In this document: in pieces, positions 13,602-27,600 of the stretch
How the letters are laid out: each line of letters begins with the position of its first letter
Numbering within the stretch: the first letter of the stretch is position 1
Assembly: GCA_023515725.1 (NCBI GenBank)
Contig: JALDTO010000266.1
Coordinates: forward strand, 1-64,000
Length of the DNA: 64,000 bases
Source of the DNA: Amoeboaphelidium protococcarum X5
Taxonomy: Eukaryota; Fungi; Aphelidiomycota
Reading direction: 5' to 3'
Notes under the pieces: model-generated
Told to the model about the DNA's origin: nothing
The model's database searches: none
What the model saw: the letters and a program-made list of their open reading frames with translations, nothing else
Position numbers and translations under genes: made by a program

Positions 13602-13880
13602 TCACTTTGCCAACATCTGAGCACACTTATTCAATAGAACACTGACTTCCTCAATGTCCTTGACCACAATTTGAATGTCGTCAGACATCGTTTCAGACTT
13701 GGAGTTCAACGCGTGCACGCGCTGTGCCAGATGAGTTCTGTGAGTTGCAAATAGAGCCTTGAACGCGCCCATCAACTGATCTTCAATAGATTACAACTAC
13801 ATCAACTATTGATTATGGAACTCTTTAATTTACTAGCCAAATTTGTGCTCAATTTCATCAGACGTATTGTTATTATTCAT
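13602..13880 (-). CDS. Hypothetical small coiled-coil protein (92 aa)
   Basis: ATG-to-TGA ORF with TAR=Gln filling the gap between kinesin and SUA5; helical heptad-like composition. Confidence 0.6.
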
Positions 13881-13985
13881 TGTAATGTATGCAGAACCAG
13901 TTAATTGTAGTAGAGACAAGAGATAGACGTCGATAAGGAGAAAGAGAGGCTGAAACAATGAGAAAACTTTAAGTTCATCAAAATT

Positions 13986-15029
13986 TCACTGAGCCGATTT
14001 TTTTAAACGATCCATAACAGCAGCTCCAAGACCACGATTGCTTACAATGGGAGCATAGATAATACTGCATCCCATTTCATCCAAATATCTCAAGGCGTGG
14101 AACAAATGCTTTGCGTATATTACGTTCTCCTCATCTGACTAAATATCATAAATGACATGCTTAGATCCATCTTCACAGCGTTCTCTAATTTCAAACTCAA
14201 GAGAAGAATCATTCAGTTATGTGAGACGTATTAAGCCAATACAACGACCGGAACCATTTAATGAAAGCTCATTAATATCAGAATATAATCGAACACTGGC
14301 AGATGGCGCGTAATGTTTGTACTTCATACCGGGTGTAGCAGGCTTATTGGTATCAATCAGTGAATGTCTAGACGCGTCAAAATACTCTGCATTCTCATAA
14401 CCGCGTGCTTTACGTAAATCCTCAAGCGAAAGACCTCCTGGTCGCAATATCAATGGAGTACCAAGGATCGTGAGTGCATCGACGACAGTACTTTCTAATC
14501 CGACAGAACACTCTTCATCCGCATCCTGTATAATCAATGAAATCAGACCATCAAGATCATTCATTACGTATGCAGCACGCGTAGGAGACACCTTAGTCGA
14601 GAGATTGGCTGATGGAGCAGAGAGCGGTTTGCCCACACGGCGGATTATTTCTCGCGCAATAGGATTGGCTGGACATCTAACACCGACAGTACCTTTGCAC
14701 GGGATTCTGAGTATAACAGTGAGTGGACCTGGCCAATATTTGGATAGTAATTCCAAATATATCTGCGGTATGTGGCCATAAAATCTATACGCCATCTCAA
14801 TATCACAAACGTGTTCAATCAATGGATTATCGGAGGGTCGATTCTTAACTTTGTAAATCTTTTGCACAGCCTCAGCATTAGTGGAATCAGCAGCCAAACC
14901 GTACACAGTCTCTGTAGGAATAGCCACCAGCTCTCCCGCTATCAATAAATCCACGGCTTCTTTAATATTCTTATCATCTTAGATATCACCCACTGATACC
15001 GATGCTATACGCGTATTATATGAATTCAT
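13986..15029 (-). CDS. SUA5: Threonylcarbamoyl-AMP synthase Sua5
   Basis: VAIPTETVYGLAAD, KNRPSDNPLI, PLSAPSANLS, GLESTVVD, PGMKYKHYAP, GLGAAVMDRLKK. Confidence 0.96.
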
Positions 15030-15299
15030 ACTGTTTAATAGAATTTTCTATGTCTTTTCCCAGTAACACCGAGCAAAATGATGATTACAGGTCGGACGCG
15101 ATGTAAAAAGGAATCCTCGTTGTCTGAGCGCGCAAGATGATCCTTCACAGAACTCCGCCGTCGTTTCTCGCGTCAATCTCTCTCTTTCCGGCTTGTTCGT
15201 TTTGACAGGCATCTGCTTTGCTCACTTGCACTTGTGTATTTGCTTTCATTAGTATCGATTGGTGGCGGCTGTCTTGAGAAGCCGATCTATATTCTTATT

Positions 15300-16952
15300 A
15301 TGATATTCGCTTTGCATTCTGTTTTGTTAAGCTTAGCTGTATTAGTAAGCTTGTTCTCTTTTGGATTTGGTAAACTGGTTACTGAGGATCAGCTGCCATT
15401 GAGAACTAGCGGTAGATGGATTGTGGACAGTTATGGAAAGCGGGTGAAATTGGGCTGTATCAACTGGCATGGTGCTCATATGAACACTTATGCTCCATCT
15501 GGATTACATTTCAAGTCTAGCAAGTACATTGCTTAGAAGATTCGCTCTCTTGGCTTCAACTGTGTGAGATTAAATTGGTCACTGGAACTGGTTCTCCGCA
15601 ATCCAGTTGTGAATAGAGATGCGATCAAGGCAATGTTAGAGAGTGGGAGATTGGATCCATCAGTGCAAGATCACCACGCCTTGTCTATAATCGACGCCGT
15701 TATTGAGGATCTGGCCAATGAATAGGTGATGGTAATTCTAGATAATCATGTGAGTGATCCCACTTGGTGTTGTGATCCACGCGATGCTAATGGTTTATGG
15801 TTTAATGAGAGGTATTCTGCAGAGGATTTTGAACGTGCCTGGGTACTGATGGCTCAAAGATATGCTCATGAAAAGTACGTGATAGGCACAGATCTGCGCA
15901 ATGAAATCAGACCAGATATCCAGTTTAGTGTGAAGCCATTCCAGATACCTAAAGTTGTTGTGAAATTGCCTGGTTGGAATAGCGGTGACATTCGCGTGCC
16001 TTTGAAGAGTTATGCACCAGAAATTTACAATTACGATCATCCTGATCTGACTGATATTAAGAATAGAGCCTTATTGTTTGTGTTCAAGCAAGTTATCGCA
16101 GTGACGCAGGTTGAAGTTTATGACTGGCGCACTGCAGCCACGCGTGTTGGTAATGCTATAATGAAAGTGAACAAGAATGTTATGATTATTGTTCAGGGAC
16201 TGTTTGATATTAATGCATATCTTCCTAATGCTGTGCAGTTGATCTTGTATTACCTCAAGATTGATCCTGATTTGCATCGTCTGGTTGGCAAGTACTTTGA
16301 TATTCCGCTGTCTGTGACTGAGCATGAATAGATTCATAATCTGACTGGTATCAGAAATCATCCTATCGAGTTTGGACAGTCCCGCTATAACATCAATATG
16401 GATAATCGCCTCGTCTACTCTGCTCACGTTTACCCATTCTTCTATCAAGGTAGCAGGTACAGTTGGAATGGAACTGATCCATCATACCAGTCTTACGCTT
16501 AGACTTTGGATACTTTTTGGGGATACATATTCAAGGATAGCATTGCTCCACTCTGGGTCGGCGAGACTGGCAATTTCGGATCTGCTCGTGGACTTGAGCC
16601 GGCGTGGTTGAATTACAACTTGAGATACTTGAGGGAGAATGATTTGGATTTTGCTTACTGGCCATTGGCTGATGCTCGACCTATTATCGATTCTGATGGC
16701 AAATTCAGTGCTGGCGGAGATGAATACGCTCTACTTAATCGTGATTTTAGCGATCTTAAGTACCGACCAATGTATGAAAGTTTTAAGGACTTGTTTGAGC
16801 CAACTCAGTCTGAGGATTTGGTAGAATCAGCGAGAAGTGATAGTAGTAGTAGTAGCTCGGGGTTTACCTGGTTGTGGGATTTTGCCTCTGAATAGCTACA
16901 GCAGGTATTTAATGCTTTGACTGAACAATCGAATGAATTTGTCTTCTTTTGA
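15300..16952 (+). CDS. Secreted GH5 glycoside hydrolase (endoglucanase/cellulase-like)
   Basis: Signal peptide; LPLRTSGRWIVD, GFNCVRL, VILDNH, WCC, acid/base DLRNE, YSAHVY, nucleophile LWVGETG, FAYWPL; the fragments join through TAG codons. Confidence 0.93.
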
Positions 16953-17119
16953 CATACTGCAGTAATAAAGCATTTGAATGAATATCAGGCAGGTAAACAT
17001 CATTTATTTAAACCACAACAACAATAACAATAGCAGCAACAACAAAACTAACTTGACTTATATCGTACAATTCTCTTCTCTTATCACAACCAGCCATGAA
17101 AATGCCATCCATGAGCTTT

Positions 17120-18850
17120 TCATAACATCTCGACGACATTTGTCCTGGAATCGACAAATGGATTATCGGAAATTGCACCGGATTACTTTGTTCGCTTTGG
17201 AGACACTTTAGTACCGGCTTTGAGAGAGGCTGGATGATCCAGAGATGCAGCAGATGGAGACAGAGGGGTTTTCAATGTCAATTTCTTCACTTTCGTTGAT
17301 ACTGAAAGCTCATCATCAACTTTAATAGACTTTTTCTCAACTACACCAGATGATTACGATTTTAGTGATTTATTCATAGTAGTTTTGTTATTGTTATTAT
17401 TGTTCTTGTTCTTGGGCAAAATAGTGGATGTATGCTTCTTCTTTCTTGCTTACATTGCGTGATCCAGTTCATTAACGATAGACCATATATGAGCGCAAAT
17501 ACTGTCAGCTTCACCCAGCCAGGTGACATCGAACAAATCCTTCCACTCTGCACCAATCGGTGTTTTATTTATCAACACTGTTCTGATAGGGCGCTTAGGA
17601 GGATTAATAGAAGCACGGCGATTCTTAGTACTTGCGTTCAACTTGGCTCTATTCACACCTGAACCATTATGGAAATGTTCATCACCATCACCACCACCAT
17701 CTGCAATATCATCCAAAGATTTAACTTATCGAGCAAAATCCCTAACCAAAGTCTTGATACCGGCCACTTTGAGGGTAGTGCCCATGACAAGCAGTAGATC
17801 TGGTCTCTTCTTCAGGTCAGACTCCCAACACTATCCAATGGTGTCACAGGCAGAGTGATGTTCACTGTAGAGAATAATATCCGGCCTCAGAATGCCAATA
17901 GGAAGAGATCTCTTACTAGCACGTTCTCTCTACTAAGAACTGCTAAGACAACGAGGACAGGCAGGCGGTTCACCTCCCGAGAATATGCGTGAATGAACAT
18001 CATTAAACTCTTCCCGGTGCTTACAGACGGTACACGAGACATACTGCAGAGTGCCATGAAGCATGACAACATCCGACTTTTTATCTTCCAAGTCACAGGT
18101 CATTGATAGCCGCTCCTCCATGCAATCAATATTTTGAGTGTAACAACGCAACAGCTTACCTTTATCTTTGACATTCTTTAGAAATTGGTGCACTTCAGTA
18201 GGCGATGCTTTATCCACCATCTGCTTCAATTCCGCCATAAAAGAGTAGAAAACCTTGGTGCTAGCTTCATCTTTAAACAGATGGGCATCGAATATGTCCT
18301 TACCTTTCACCACGGCATCCGGGTACTTTTACTTCACCATATTGTACAAGCCATTCATTGAGCGAAAGTCTGGTATTCCACCACTGACACTGATACCAGC
18401 TCCGGTGACAATCACTATTCGCTTAGCCTTGTGCACAGCATGAACAACATCATCCGCAATATTACGATGTGGATGCAGAGTAGTTGTATCAACCACATTA
18501 TCATGCAGTATCGAGCCCTTCTACAATGGTATTTTTGCTTTCAATCGAGAGATATCTTTATCTCTTTGATCGTCAGTTGAATTAGAGGAAGATGACTATG
18601 ACAATGTGACTGACGATGTCGTTGTGGTGGACACTGCAGAGTACATTTACGATTTCTTCACCAAATGACCACCATCAGCAGATAGGATATCAACCACACT
18701 CTATTTCACAAAAGTCTTGGACTGGGTCTTTTATACAGCCCCAGATTACTATTTCATTTTATTTTACATTTTAATTTACGCAATTTCATCATTATTATTC
18801 TCCTTGCCACGGATGATAGTGGTCTGCTCCTTTTATCGACGACTTATCAT
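17120..18850 (-). CDS. NAD-dependent deacetylase, Hst3/Hst4-like sirtuin
   Basis: TGAGISVSGGIPDFRS, YTQNID, MLHGTL, CTVC/CPRC zinc site, LRPDIILY; start could be a downstream ATG such as 18646. Confidence 0.92.
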
Positions 18851-19347
18851 ACTGTTGTTGTACTTAACAAACACTCAATCCACCACACAAATTTTAGTAT
18901 TTCTATCACTGAGCAGTAAACCACACAGATATAATGCAAATATATAGGCAGACGATAATTCTATATGGAGTATGAGCAGTATAATGTAACGTAGCAGTGG
19001 TGAGTCTGTCTGTTGTTTGATGAGGAAGACGACGATGGACACTTTTCACCAGAAACAGAATTTCCTTCGTTTCACTTTTCTCTTTTTGGGTGATTGGAGA
19101 GAGTGAGAGAGAGAATGTGCGAGACGCGAAACATCAAGCCCGCAGTTATTGAAGAGAGTCACTCAACGACGACGACCTGTGCACTTGATCGTTAAAGATT
19201 CGTTCATTGATTCCATTTAAACTGTAAGAAAAGGTCAAAGTCGGCTGTGTCATAGTATCATCGCGAGTAAATCAAAAATCCATCAGCGCAACTTGAATGA
19301 AACAAAAAGAGATGATAAAACAATAGCAAATATAAAAGCTCTCTTCC

Positions 19348-20961
19348 TCAACGCTGGTTCAAGTACTCTTGCAGCTTGTCCACTCCGGACTTTGCCATCG
19401 ATTTAACAGTGCCAATGTCCGCTTGGGCTTGACTGACAAAAGTCTTGGCGAAATCTTTAACCAATACATCAGCATTGCCAATAACGTCATTCAAATTGTT
19501 AATCTTTGGTCCATTAGACAATTCATCTTCATCGCGTCCATAGTACTGAGCACTGGAGATGGAATTCTATCCTCTGAATTGCTGTAGACGTTGTTATGAC
19601 TCTGCATCAGCTGGTGCATGATTACCACGCTCAAAATACATGTCAGATGATATGGATTTGGCATTCTTGAATTTATTTTGAGCGGAATCAGAAGACGGGA
19701 CATCGTACTGAGACTGACCGACTGAACCAAAACTGGACACAGAGCTACGATTAGCTTACTATTACATGGCAGCTGGATTCGCAGTCATACCGAATCCCAA
19801 TTTAACTGGTTTAGGTGCTGTATTAGACTGAGACAGGGTGGATGTACTCATTCCACTGGCTTTCATCTCTTACTATCGCTAAGCCTGTACTTAAGCCTCC
19901 TTCTCAGCCTACTCCTTCCTCATCTACGCTTCCAGCAGGCCCTGCTTCTATAACTCCTCCAGTCGATTAGCCTCTTCCTTTGCCTTCTTTTCCATCTCTT
20001 CAAATGAGATTCCCTGCACCTTCTTCACACCCAACTTGCCCTTCTTCTTTGTGGTAGTGATAGCAGAGCCAGATGAAGCAGTTTGCGACTAACCTTGTAT
20101 AATGTTCATACCGGCACTAACATCGTCATTACTGGTCTTCTCCACAGGACTGGTGGCTGACAACATCTTTTTCATATTCTATTACTACTACTGCTGATCA
20201 TCTTCAGCATGGACAAGCCTCATTCGTTACTCCACTTCTTATTGAGGAACTACAGGCTATAATTGCTACTACTATTATTATAAGGGCTACTATTATTAAC
20301 CACCGCCAAATGTTGACAAAGATGGTGTGCTGTTTATAGAGCGCTAAGGCGAGCTATTCCACTTGGCATCGTCAAAGAAATCGTCATCATTAGCCTCATC
20401 ACCAGCGGAAGAAGATCCTGCACCATCTCTATTGTAACTATCACTAGAATCAAGCACGTGGACAGCAGCCAATGCCATTATTCCTGACTAACCACAAGCA
20501 GCAGAGTCTGAGGGCTTCTCGGCTAGAACGACACCATTAAGGCTAATAGAATGAGGGAAATTGGCAGAATCATCTTTCACCATCTATTGCAACTTCTCCT
20601 TGTACATCTGTGCTCCCTATGACTCGTATCGACTCTTGGCATCCAATCCCCCATCCGGTTAGATTCCATACTTTTAAAAATGCTTATACGCAGCATCATT
20701 TCCACCAACTTTCAGTGCCCTCAATTGATCCCAAGTCCACTGATCCAAATTGAGACTTCTTACAAAAGACAGATGTACTCCCAGATTACGATGGACACTA
20801 GAGCAGTTGAGGCACAGGTAGATGCCATAAGTCACACTAGACCAAGTTGGATTCTTGCTCTTACAGTCGAAGCACACTTAATTCGCCGGAGAGGTGGCTT
20901 ACAGCTTCTTGATAATTTCAATAGCAATCTGCTTTGAAGCAACCTATTTATTATTGTTCAT
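19348..20961 (-). CDS. GLO3: ArfGAP2/3 (Glo3)
   Basis: [40 protein letters not shown] zinc finger; [10 protein letters not shown]; Glo3-motif-like ISSDMYF. Confidence 0.92.
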
Positions 20962-21334
20962 AATTCTAAACTTTCCAATTTTATTTAAAAAAAAGAGAGC
21001 GATAGAGATAGTTCCGTTGAAGGAAAAGAAATGAGAGAGCCGAGCCTTTCCTGTCCCAAAGCGACCAAAGTCTATTCTGATTGGACTCACCGCCAACGAT
21101 AGAAATGAGGCTACTGTGAATCTTCTTCTCACCAAATTTTAATTGTTAATATGCAACAATAATGATGATATAAATAAAGTATTTGAGTGCTTGGAGCTAT
21201 CATCTGAATTGTTATATAGAGTTGGAAAGACGCGGAACCTCAATAATCTGTATATTGCAAGAGTTGATATACTGTATAAGAGGATCAAGTTAAGGGGACA
21301 TATACGCTTAAAAAACTCAATAAAATCATCCTTG

Positions 21335-21988
21335 TCAAATGTCATCGTCGTTCAAGAAAGAGGCAGGGATGGTCACTTTTTCACCTTGTTTAAAAGCAGG
21401 CATACCAGCATACGGACATGAGGCACATCTAAACGCGTCACCTAGATAACAACTACCACATGATGACTTGAATTCAGGATCGACTGCTTTTGGGACGGAG
21501 GCAGCTGATGGTTGTTCTGATGTTTTCTTTGATAGATTTGATTCCTCTTCAGCACGACCACAAGTGCAATCTTTACAAGCCTTCTTCTTGGTCTCACAAT
21601 TTGCTCTAAGTGAATCCGCGGATGGCTTTACGTAATCAGCTTCATCAATCAGCGCGCTTTCATCAATTAAATCATCATCGTTATTATCTTCTGCAATAGG
21701 CTTTGATTCCGCTTGTTTCTTTGCCAATTTCAAAGGTCTTGCTCCACCTTAGGTGACTTTAGAGCGGATAGCAGTTACCATAGTCTGATCTTTGCCTGTA
21801 CCGTCGGCTGATTACACATTTTAGAATCCATTGAAAAGCAACTCTTGCTTCAAAGCACTGACACTTGAGGACTAGACGAGTATAGAGATGGACTCGCCCG
21901 GAGCAACAGACTATGACTATTATAAATTTTTCACAAAGAGTCCAATATCTTCGCTATAACGAATTGTCAATTATTTCTAATCGCCCAT
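21335..21988 (-). CDS. DRE2: Fe-S cluster assembly protein Dre2/anamorsin
   Basis: [11 protein letters not shown] and [31 protein letters not shown]; short N-terminal domain. Confidence 0.95.
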
Positions 21989-22363
21989 AATTATAAATTG
22001 TCCTTATCTTTTAAGACGTTGACAATAGTGTAAAAGCCTTTGAAAGGAAGAAGAGCTAAAGAGAAAATCAAAAAATAACGTTTCGACTTTTGGGACAATT
22101 AACGCTCAATTCGCCTTTACTTTGTAGAATGAGTAGTGACCCACCATATTGCACTACTGAAATTCAATTTTCCATCCAATTTATTTAACAGGCTTACTCT
22201 ATTGTTAGTTATATCACAGCCAAATCGTACTGTCACAATTATTACGCGTGACTGCCTCCATTTCACTGATTGGACCACGATCAACTTTCGATTATAGGCC
22301 TTAAAATCACGATCAACCTTTTTCCTCCTATCACTCATACGTAAAACTTTTATCGTATAAGCA

Positions 22364-23929
22364 ATGTCTACTATAAATAAAAAAATCATAGGCCTTTTAA
22401 ATTATCTGAACTCTCTACAGCCTAAACCAGAATATTTGATCAATGAGCTTGAAGAAAATCAGTAGTTGGCTTATCAAGATTTGCATTTCTCAACTAGGGA
22501 ATAGCTGATACAGAAAGACAGTTTGCATGGGCATGACATTTTTCAGTATCTGGTTGAGTCAAATATTAAGATGCTGCAGACTATTTATGATGGTGTCAAC
22601 GTAACTCTTAAATAATGTCGTGTTGGAGTTCATAGGAGTGGTCAATAAACTACAACAAGTGTTAGCAAAAAGTATCCTGATATCACGCAGCTTGATTTAC
22701 GCGTCTGGGCCGACTTTGATTAAGGGGTTGTAGATTTTATGGCTCAGGTACCTGATCAAGAGTTTGGTAGGAATATACCATTGCAAATGTAGAGCTCTGT
22801 CCGTGATGAATCTTAAGTGTAAGCCTTGTGTGATAGTACGTTATTTACAGTACTTTCTGTGTGCTGTCGGTCACTCTCGTAGCATAATGATTACGCGTAT
22901 TTTGGTAGCAACTGCGGCTTTGCACCTGTTTCGGGCAGCTCAGTATTGGGGGATCCAGATCGAATTTGGTTATCTGATGAAGACAAAACACTATCTAAAC
23001 TAACAGTAGAATTTAAGACTCCTTGGGCTATTGAAAGTCTTTTTGATTTGATTCCGAGATACAATGAAGGATACGTTGACTTTGAGACTAAAAAGTAAAA
23101 GTGCACCGACGCGGTTGATAAGGTTCACAAAGGTAAGATCATAAGAGCGGTCGAGCAGATTTATGTCTACATGACTCTAAACCGCCACCGCTATGGTGTA
23201 CTTACCACATTCAATGAGACGGTGTTTTTCCGCAAAGTTGAAGATCCTGATCAGGAAGAGCGATCAGTGCTGGAGTGTTCACCGGTCATTAGATGTTCTC
23301 AGATATAGCCGTACACATTAGTAGGTGCGTGGATCTACTTGCTGTCTCTGATTGAACGCTCTGCTAATGATTGGATGTAAGCATCACCTCATAGCAGCAC
23401 CGTTGTAAGTCCGGCTCTCATTAGAAAAGCTCATGTGATTAGTTACAAGTCAGTCAATCTGGATGCGTACTGCCATTGGACGAATATTATTTATCGCGGT
23501 AGGTTTGGTGCGGTTGCTTTAGGAAATTTTGCAGATTAATAAGGAGTCATTTTCAAGACTGTGGACCTGTCAAAGAAACCAAATGCATTACAAAAGTTCA
23601 ATAATGAGGTTGAAGTGTACAAAGCTCTGGATTCATTGTAGGGCACAGTGATTCCAAAGTTCATCGCGTACGGTACTCTGTGTGGTATGCTGCAGGTTAT
23701 CGTGTTGGAAAATGTCGGATCATATATGAATACTGAGCAGTTTGGAAAACGTAAAGTTGATGTCTATGATGCTCTTGATAAAATCCATGCTCTTGGTTAT
23801 CGACATGGAGATGTTCGATTGCCGAATATGACCGTTGACAGTTGTGGACGCGTCCGCATTATTGACTTTGAAATGGCTGAGAAAGCGGACGGTAGAATTG
23901 TTGAATTTGTTGACTTGGATCTTGAATGA
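22364..23929 (+). CDS. Crinkler/RHS-type effector-like protein: header + PD-(D/E)xK nuclease + protein kinase (521 aa)
   Basis: GDPDRIW...VEFKTPW, AVEQIYVYMTLNRHRYGVLTTFNETVF (REase); YRGRFGAV, IFK, NEVEVY, LQGTVIPKF, HGDVRLPN, IIDFEMA (kinase); intronless. Confidence 0.85.
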
Positions 23930-24663
23930 TGATTGAAATTGTGATTACGGTTCTGTGTAATTACAATTGCATTGCTTAAAACTATTCCAGCTTTTCTCTT
24001 TTCAAGCATGTAAGACTGAAGTATTCTTTTTGGGGAGTTTTTGTTGAAGAGTGCTCACGCGGTTCATTAGTGTTTTGATATGATTCAAATCTTAGCATTG
24101 AGTATATAGTAACATACAGACGAAAGAAACGTTTTACTTAATCGTATACTCTAACAGTCGGTGCGCTAATATGTAAATAGTTTAGATTTCATAACAATTA
24201 ATGAAACTTGTGTTTGCTTTTGGGCTAAATATATTAATAAGAATATGAGAAAACTTTTGAGTTACGAGTATGGTAACAATGTTCTATCTCAGTCTGCTCT
24301 GAGGCTCTCCCCTTCTACTAATGGCATCTATCGCGCTTCTCTGATCCGATCACTCGATTGAACAACTTTTGCAGTATATCCTTTCGCTTCTGCCTCCAGC
24401 TACGAGAATCGGTGTCCCGCTATGATGAAATCGATCTGACAAATCGTTCTCTGTAAAACTTGAAACGATACGCTGAGATGATTCCGATTATGGAAATTAA
24501 AGTAAATGGCTGGGAATGTTTTGTAAGACAGAATCATTTCCTGTTTCAGAGGAGTTTTAACGCGCTTTCGTTTCATGTTCAATCGCGCTCTCTTCCTTTT
24601 TAGCCGTTCAACTTGTCATTCTGCTAAGGCCTATATGCAATTACATCACGTTTTGTTGAAACT

Positions 24664-27600
24664 ATGTCAGAATCTTAAATGGATAGTAATTTATCTCAAG
24701 AATCTCGGTAAGTCTTTTGTTGTTGATAAAGTTTTAGGTCATGATCAACTTGTGTGTAGTGATGAACCTGTGACACACTCCAAGTACGGCCGCAAGCGCA
24801 AGTAAGTGAACCTCAATGAGCAGTCTGAAGATGCAATTGATCCAGAGTCTGTCATTTCTGCAGAGAATTCTGAATATCACTCTTAAAGTAATATTGTTTT
24901 ATCTATGCGATTTATTCTCTTATCCCTTATAATTGTGTAGACGAGAGCATGGAAGCTGAATCGCAACTTCACACTGATGGAGTTGGCTCTAAGCTGAAAC
25001 GTGTAACTGGAAAGGCTGAAGTTTCTAAATTTCAAAATGATGGAAACTCTGCTCAAGTTCACCATTCTCTGTTTCATGTTACTTGCAATAGTAATGCCGC
25101 ATTATAGTCTGTTGTGCAAGACTAGTTGGATCAGTTCTAGGTAAATCCTGATGAGGTGGTGGTTGATATGGTGAATCTGATTATTCAGTCTTCCGGGTGT
25201 CGGTTGACTGTAACTTTGGAATAAATCGACGCGGGTCTTGATTCAATACCAGGATTGCTGGAAGAGTTGTAACTTGTTGCCAGTCAGGAAAACATACCGG
25301 ATGTGCCTCTGGAGAGTAACAAGAAGCAGTTCTCCAAGTTCAAGAAGAGACTGTAGGACTACTGGCAGAAGATGCTGAAATCTTTTTCTCTCATTTTTCT
25401 AAGTGACCTCAACTTGAGTGATACTTAGCAGTCCTCATCATTGGGTTAGTTGTCAAAGTCATTTCAGAATGGCGGTGAAGTTTGGGCGTACTTGCGTGCG
25501 TTTATCATTACATTGTCTTCGTCTTCGTTCAGACCTTTCAGACATGTTGCAACTGTTGTATCGGTATCCTGTGTCACTGGTATTCTAACCATGCTGTAAA
25601 GCTGTGATAAAGAACTCGTGTCTTTGCAGAAGAGAGTTGCTTCATAGTCTGTTCCAGCATCGTAAGTGAGTGAAATGGAGAAGAAGTCTCTGTTGTTGCA
25701 AGGTTAAAAAGACAATTTACTGGAGCATTTCAAAGACTTCTTTGACGGCGTGTATGTGCACAGGTATCGTGACGTGAATGATATCATACGCTTTGAAAGT
25801 ATGTCTATGTACGCTAAATGGGTCAAGACTTGTCCTGAGGTATTTATGGATGCTCAATATCTCCGCTACTTGGGTTGGTCTCTATCTGATGTCTCCACTC
25901 AGCTACGTCAAGCCGCTGTTGATGATTTGGTAGAGCTGGTATAAAACAGCGACCTTGTTGATGGTTTGCGTAAATTTCTGGAGAGATTCAAATCCAGGAT
26001 GATTGAAATGGCATTGTATGAGGAAGAGGAGAAGGTCAGGAGCTCAATTGTAAGCAGATTGCTACCAAAACTTGTGCAATACAACATTGTTGACGAGGAA
26101 GATTATCCGTTGTTGTATCCATTGGTCACCTTTGGCAATGTGGAGTCGTTGAGTAAGCTCGAAGATAACTTTCATGAAGCTTCATTGTCTAGTCGAATTA
26201 CTGCTGGAGAGTTAATGTTGCAGATATTTTCCTGCTCAAATGTTGGATCACTTGAGGATATGCAGCCATAAGATGCATTAACTAAGCTGTCATAGTTTGT
26301 GCTGGACATTGTTAATGATTCTGAGGCAATGCGGTTGGATCAGGAGAAGCAATTGTTGGAAGAGAATCCTTCGATGATTACCATTTTGAAGTCAGACATT
26401 GGCTTAAATTAAGATTTGGTATTGAAGTAATCTAAGCAGAGATTGCTTGTGTATTTGGACAATGTTCTGGAAGCATTGATAGTTAACATCCTCCTGAATA
26501 AAGACGGATCATCTGACGTTGCTGGAGTATTTTAGGATGTTTTTCGTGAATAGCCTGGTATCCTGAAGTCTCTAGTTTCCGAGATGAGTGCTTCTTCAGA
26601 GTTGAGTTCTGCACATGCTGTTTGCCTCAGATTACTTATAACATTTTGGAGAATCTAATTGAATCCTTATTGTCTCATTCGTCATATTTCCCAGTCATCT
26701 ATGGTTAAAAATGCTTTGCTTAAAACTATTAAAGCTCTGGCTTCAATGTGCAATTTGTAGCTTTTATCACTGATTTAGCACTCTTAAGATCACATAAGCC
26801 CTCTAATTGATGTTGTTGATTAGTGTTCAGAAAGCAGTTCACAAGACGGCGATGGTGATCTTTGGTAAAGTGTCAACTTGAATAGTATTTATCAATACTT
26901 GCAAATGGTACTTGTCGGTGTTGACAAGAGTTAAGAGCATTAATCGCAAGATAATGACAACTTTGTGGACGCGCAAACGATATGGATGGAGATCCGAAAG
27001 AAAAAGTAGTATCTAGATCTTTGTCACAAGGTGATGCACAAATTCATTGTTGCCACATCCAGCCCTGATACCATTGGCCTCTTTTGCCAGCTCTTTGTTG
27101 CATCAGAAGCTGAGTTTAGCTGTTAATCTCTTCTTTCTCGACAGTCTGTGTTTGATTAGGAAGTTTCTTAGCTCGTTAAAGATACCACTTCTGAATTAAA
27201 ATCGAATTTGGCCAAGACTGCAAGTGGCCAGGTGGATACTCTTGGATTGAGATCTGCTGCTCTAACTTGTGACCGTTTATCTGGCTTGTGTCCTTGGAAT
27301 TTATAGCTTGATAGTGATGATTGTCTGGAATTATCTAGAATTGTCACCGATTTAAAGTCCGTCATTGAAGGCCTCACGAACAATTAAATCGTTGAATTCA
27401 ACTAAGTGAATGCATGCTTAAATTTTATCAATGGTTCGTGCGAGAGTCTTTTGGCAGCCAACAATGGCGACGATGAAGAAGCAGATGTGGATGAGAGATT
27501 GGATTCATCTGTGTCTTCTTCATCCGAGGATGCTTTGGTCATTTTATTGGTATCATTTACGCGCTTGAGTTTAACTGCATCCTTTCGCTTGTTGAAGAAC

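Noticed and set aside
7754-23929. Inverted copies as terminal inverted repeats of one 16-kb transposon
   Set aside because: The repeats are gene paralogues, the enclosed genes are ordinary cellular genes, and no transposase or target-site duplication was seen
24288-24582. About 98-codon minus-strand ORF (code 6) between the kinase gene and SCC3
   Set aside because: No recognisable motif and it overlaps the likely SCC3 promoter; insufficient support
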